From an uncultured virus (IMG/VR IMGVR_UViG_3300014205_009008) (Duplodnaviria > Heunggongvirae > Uroviricota > Caudoviricetes): a DNA stretch of 20,000 bases. The notes under the pieces are model-generated. The model ran no database searches, was not told where the DNA came from, and saw nothing but the letters and a program-made list of their open reading frames with translations. The translations under genes and the position numbers were made by a program. Positions 16,460 through 20,000 of the stretch are shown piece by piece; within the stretch, counting starts at the first letter, position 1; each line of letters begins with the position of its first letter. The stretch is from IMG/VR virus record IMGVR_UViG_3300014205_009008; one strand, 5' to 3'.

Positions 16460-17863
16460 CTAAAATATATCTATATCAGGCGTTTCCACCTGAGAAGTTA
16501 GAGAGTTAATAATACGCATGTGCTCAACATGCGCGTCCCACCAAGAAGAACCATCTGGCAAAGGGACATCAAGAAACTGTTTATAACTATCAGGTACTGG
16601 AAGTGTAGTTGGAATTCTGGCTACCTTACCTCTAGTAACAGCCACTTCCATTATATTCTTACCCCATCCAATATCCTGAACAGCTAAATTCTCTACAGTT
16701 AGAAGGCTACCTATAAACTCATCATATCCAAACTCCTTTGAGTTCGCGCCAACAGCATAGGCCAAGACTGAATGTCTCCGACTCCATCCTTGGTCAGGCC
16801 TATCTAAAAGTCCAAGTATTTCTGCTGTTAATAAATCTCTAGGTATCTGGTTTAAACACCCACCCATAGCAGCAGTATGGTAAACCGAAGAACCAGCACT
16901 AACCAAACGAAGATTCTCATCAGTTAGTACTTCTGCTGGTAAGTTGCGCAATTTTCCATGCTCTGCCGCTACATGAATTACAGTAGCCCCCGCACCATCC
17001 CGCCGAAGATAATCAGGAGCCGTAACTAAACCAGAAGGCAACCGATCTATTCTATCTAATGCAATAAGGTTGTGCAAAATATTCTTATCGCCAGCCAATA
17101 ATATGTCGAAATTTTTCTCTATAAACCCTGCTGGGAGATACTTCAATTCATCAAAGAAGCATAACTGCTGAAAAACAGTCTTATGATGATGATTCTCTAT
17201 AAGCAAATTCTCCACAGTGAAACACTCCACAGGCAAGTCCTTAACAAACCCCAACCCAATCAAGTCATGGAATATTGGAGTGCCAGAAGAGTCGCACGTA
17301 GCCAAATTTTCGGTAGTTAAAAGGTGTAGAGGTAACTTTGTAATGCCGCCATACTTGGCAGCTTGTCGGAAACAAGACTCCATGCCCCTATAATTCTCAT
17401 GCAGATGCTGCGACGTAATAAGCCCAGCCGGTGCAGTTGCAAGAGTCCCATGTTTTGCTACACGGGACAGAACCTCATAGCCATAATCATTAAGACCTTC
17501 ACCATGCTCAAACAACCTTACAGGCAGCTGTGAGACATTACATGAATCCACAGCATGCTTTAGCACAGTAATCTCACAATTATTATGTCTAGGCAGATCA
17601 AAAAGCGCCGCAGTCAAAGACTCAGCAGGCACATCGCCAACTCTACCTGCATTAATTATATCATAAATAACCGGCACGCCCTGATTATTTTTGATCATCA
17701 AATTCTCTTCAGTAAGAACGCCAGCAGGGATTTTTGTACCCACAACCCTTGGATCACTACCACACAAATGCAATAAAGTATTACCATATTTATCCTGCCC
17801 AACCCAAAATTCTAGGTCATCCTTGCTAGGGCCAAAGAACCAATTACGCAATTGTTTGAGCAT
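16460..17863 (-). CDS. ankyrin-like repeat protein, long type (ends PDIDIF)
   Basis: Colinear paralog of 6827-8212. Start set to ATG 17863 because MLKQLRN matches MLKKLRE and fits the promoter spacing. Confidence 0.82.
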   Translation of the reverse strand: MLKQLRNWFFGPSKDDLEFWVGQDKYGNTLLHLCGSDPRVVGTKIPAGVLTEENLMIKNNQGVPVIYDIINAGRVGDVPAESLTAALFDLPRHNNCEITVLKHAVDSCNVSQLPVRLFEHGEGLNDYGYEVLSRVAKHGTLATAPAGLITSQHLHENYRGMESCFRQAAKYGGITKLPLHLLTTENLATCDSSGTPIFHDLIGLGFVKDLPVECFTVENLLIENHHHKTVFQQLCFFDELKYLPAGFIEKNFDILLAGDKNILHNLIALDRIDRLPSGLVTAPDYLRRDGAGATVIHVAAEHGKLRNLPAEVLTDENLRLVSAGSSVYHTAAMGGCLNQIPRDLLTAEILGLLDRPDQGWSRRHSVLAYAVGANSKEFGYDEFIGSLLTVENLAVQDIGWGKNIMEVAVTRGKVARIPTTLPVPDSYKQFLDVPLPDGSSWWDAHVEHMRIINSLTSQVETPDIDIF

Positions 17864-17868
17864 TCTCA

Positions 17869-17898
17869 AGACTACCACATATGCCTGTTACCAAGCAA
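17869..17898 (-). promoter_or_regulatory. sigma70-like promoter, predicted leaderless
   Basis: TTGCTT-18-TAGTCT (extended TGg), 5 nt before the ATG at 17863. Confidence 0.6.
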
Positions 17899-17913
17899 CC
17901 ATAACCATGCATG

Positions 17914-17943
17914 TTGCCTTTACCAACCATAGTCCTTTATAAT
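17914..17943 (+). promoter_or_regulatory. sigma70-like promoter, predicted leaderless
   Basis: TTGCCT-18-TATAAT, 5 nt before the ATG at 17949; divergent from the previous promoter. Confidence 0.75.
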
Positions 17944-17948
17944 ATGGT

Positions 17949-18692
17949 ATGCTTAACCTACATGAAGCAGCTAGAACCGGACAGTTAAACCTTGTACCGT
18001 CTAACATTCTGGCCGAAAACCTGCAGTTAAGAAATGTCGAAGACTTTAGTGTCCTAGACATCGCAGCATCTAATGGACATCTTGAACAAATTCCAGCAGC
18101 TCTACTAACTACCGCAAATATGACATGTTTTGTGGGTAGCACATTGAATGACCCTGATGTCATGATTTCCCCTATTCAGAGAGGTATAGCAAACTTCCTT
18201 TCACACTTCAAGCGCAACCGGGAAAATACTCGAGTACTACCTAAACAGTTTAGGAAATACGAACACCCAACAAAACAAACGCCAATGCACTATGCAGCAA
18301 GGCACGGCCATTTGGACCAGTTACCAAAAGAGGTACTAACTGTTGAGAACATGCTGGTTGATGATATTGACAACTGGACTCCCTTGCACAAGGCAGCTGC
18401 TTTTGGGCATTTGGATCAAGTTCCCGTGGAAATCCTTACAAACCCACAAGCATTGTTTAAAAAGCGACGCCTTGAGATAGATGATTTATTTACCGGTGCA
18501 ACAGTGTTGGATACTGCAGTCGAATACGGGAACCTCCAACAGCTGTTTGGCGTAGATTTGCCCATAGAGTGCAGAGAAATAGTTGGGGATGAGTGGTTCA
18601 ACAATAATCAAGAGCATATTGCAGCAGTAAGAAAGGCAAAAGGTACAATTACAGAGGAAGTTCCTAAAGAACCGGAAATAGAGTTGTTCTAA
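17949..18692 (+). CDS. ankyrin-like repeat protein with loop insertion (ends PEIELF)
   Basis: TPMHYAARHGHLDQLP and TPLHKAAAFGHLDQVP repeats; IVGDEW cap. Confidence 0.87.
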   Translation: MLNLHEAARTGQLNLVPSNILAENLQLRNVEDFSVLDIAASNGHLEQIPAALLTTANMTCFVGSTLNDPDVMISPIQRGIANFLSHFKRNRENTRVLPKQFRKYEHPTKQTPMHYAARHGHLDQLPKEVLTVENMLVDDIDNWTPLHKAAAFGHLDQVPVEILTNPQALFKKRRLEIDDLFTGATVLDTAVEYGNLQQLFGVDLPIECREIVGDEWFNNNQEHIAAVRKAKGTITEEVPKEPEIELF

Positions 18693-18714
18693 CAGCCGCC
18701 TAAACAAGTTTAAA

Positions 18715-19032
18715 GTGAAAATAACTATCAAGCCAAAACCCAAAGCATTCAAAGTCTACAAGAATATATTCAAAATCACCATAAAAACAATGGTGGGGGA
18801 CGCAGACGCGTATGAAACGATAGATTACTACCTAAAGAAATCCGAGGAAGTTCTCAAGGACTATTCCTTCATCTCCGATCACGAACTAGACGGCAAAGCA
18901 ATAGCAACCTATTTTAAAGGAGATTGGCCAAGAGATCCATATAATGGAATACCAAACACCGTCGATGATATACAGATCACATGGTTCGACCAAAATGGAA
19001 TAGAGCATGACACAGCCATAACAAACGACTAA
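18715..19032 (+). CDS. hypothetical protein
   Basis: 105-aa ORF with GTG start. Confidence 0.7.
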   Translation: MKITIKPKPKAFKVYKNIFKITIKTMVGDADAYETIDYYLKKSEEVLKDYSFISDHELDGKAIATYFKGDWPRDPYNGIPNTVDDIQITWFDQNGIEHDTAITND

Positions 19033-19039
19033 AAAAATA

Positions 19040-19056
19040 AGGCTACGCCTATAACA
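19040..19056 (+). promoter_or_regulatory. hairpin motif copy 6 (AGGC-TAC-GCCT), putative phage promoter; predicted +1 at A19056
   Basis: 4-bp stem, intergenic, before the ATG at 19088. Confidence 0.68.
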
Positions 19057-19087
19057 TAAAGCACACAATCCTCGCGGAATCAAAAAT

Positions 19088-19396
19088 ATGAAAACTGTCG
19101 TGCCCATCAAACCATCAGAAGTCGGCAAGATCAAGCAAGCAACTATCCCTGATGAGGTCATCGAAGCATTCAACGAACTGATCGTCGCCAATTGGGAAGG
19201 GGAAAGTGCAGTATTCCTCCAGAAAGACGCAGTGAAGTTGATCGCAAAACGACTCAAGATCCGCCAGGACGCCATCTTTGACAAAGGGTATTTGGACGTC
19301 GAGGCACTCTACCGCAAACAGGGATGGGTTGTCACCTATGACGGACCTGGCTTCAACGAGTCCTACGACGCAACCTTCAAATTCGCAAAGAAATGA
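19088..19396 (+). CDS. conserved phage-type hypothetical protein
   Basis: PI.P.EV...IPDEVIEAFNELI...LDVE..YR..GW.V.YD.PG.NESY.A.F.F recalls a widespread uncharacterised phage family (from memory, not a search). Confidence 0.75.
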   Translation: MKTVVPIKPSEVGKIKQATIPDEVIEAFNELIVANWEGESAVFLQKDAVKLIAKRLKIRQDAIFDKGYLDVEALYRKQGWVVTYDGPGFNESYDATFKFAKK

Positions 19397-19635
19397 ATAC
19401 CATATTCTACATGTTAGCCATGTTAATCGATAAGATTGAACGCATGCAGCCAACGCCACGCTGGTTTGCTACAGTCTTCGCCGTGTTCCTAATAGTATCT
19501 GCAGTGTTCACTATGCTGTGGTTGCCCCTATTTCTATTTGGTATTGTCTCGATGGAACTTTTGATAATAGGATTCGGCAGCGCAATAGGAACAGGCATCA
19601 TACAGGCAACACAAAGAGCAATAATGAATCCCTGA
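19393..19635 (+). CDS. small membrane protein
   Basis: 80 aa, ATGA-coupled, with two hydrophobic segments. Confidence 0.65.
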   Translation: MNTIFYMLAMLIDKIERMQPTPRWFATVFAVFLIVSAVFTMLWLPLFLFGIVSMELLIIGFGSAIGTGIIQATQRAIMNP

Positions 19636-19644
19636 AGCACCAAG

Positions 19645-19908
19645 ATGAAACATTTCCACGAGAATCACATCATACTTCTCGATGGTCAACCGACATACCT
19701 CCTAAGTCACTGGGATTCGGATCTAGGGCTTGCCATTTGTGTCAGTGGGCCCAAAGTCCTCCTACTACATGAAAGTAATGCCACGGAGCTAGATGGAGCA
19801 AAGCTTGACCTGAAAAACGTGAACTACCACGCCGCAAGTAGCGGGGCATCCAGTTTCAATGGCGCTAACTTATATATTTGGCCACTACGATCTCGGTTGA
19901 AATCATAG
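19645..19908 (+). CDS. hypothetical protein
   Basis: 87-aa ORF following the operon. Confidence 0.55.
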   Translation: MKHFHENHIILLDGQPTYLLSHWDSDLGLAICVSGPKVLLLHESNATELDGAKLDLKNVNYHAASSGASSFNGANLYIWPLRSRLKS

Positions 19909-20000
19909 CCCTCGTATACAGTGGTTAATGCCTCCACTGGCAGACCAATACGTTCCGCATTGGTAATAGACTTACTATTATTTAACTCATACTCACCATA
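19824..20000 (-). CDS. possible 3' end of a convergent gene entering from outside the window
   Basis: Minus frame open from 20000 to the TAG at 19824 (YGEYELNNSK...PLLAAW); overlaps the previous ORF by 85 nt. Confidence 0.3.
   Translation of the reverse strand, partial: YGEYELNNSKSITNAERIGLPVEALTTVYEGYDFNRDRSGQIYKLAPLKLDAPLLAAW

Noticed and set aside
18693..18712. Half-hairpin-like remnants (GCCGCCTAAACA here; AGGCAA at 8242 and 8453)
   Set aside because: No intact stem or loop; too degenerate to support.
87..19772. Numerous short antisense or overlapping ORFs in the six-frame track
   Set aside because: They are shadows of better-supported genes and have no motifs or coupling.
1..20000. 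tRNA, rRNA, integrase/transposase, alternative genetic code
   Set aside because: None recognised. Recognisable genes are full length in the standard code, and TAA, TAG and TGA all act as stops.

Overview
This gene-dense 20 kb window looks like part of a large phage or another large mobile element. It has many short, translationally coupled hypothetical ORFs and host-like accessory genes: two RNase HI-like proteins, oligoendopeptidase F, a Zn deaminase, GatB/YqeY, a PEP-CTERM serine protease and a nucleotidyltransferase-like protein. No virion hallmark gene is present, so the phage assignment is inference. Two gene classes are interleaved. (1) Plus-strand operons are preceded by six copies of an intergenic hairpin, A[AG]GC-TAC-GC[TC], with co-varying stems. 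On the template strand it reads as a GC-GTA-GC triloop, and an invariant pyrimidine-A step lies 11 nt past the loop centre, matching the architecture of coliphage N4 virion-RNAP hairpin promoters. (2) Seven divergent ankyrin-like genes share a non-canonical 33-aa repeat, a Trp-containing C-terminal cap and an acidic tail ending [MIL]-[DE]-[LIM]-F-COOH. Six of them, plus a small-ORF/NTase pair, have their own sigma70-like promoter whose -10 box lies exactly 5 nt before the start codon, predicting leaderless mRNA. Other oddities are a minimal kinase-like ORF, an unannotated 47-aa basic ORF weakly resembling ribosomal bL34, and a very acidic small ORF directly behind a hairpin.
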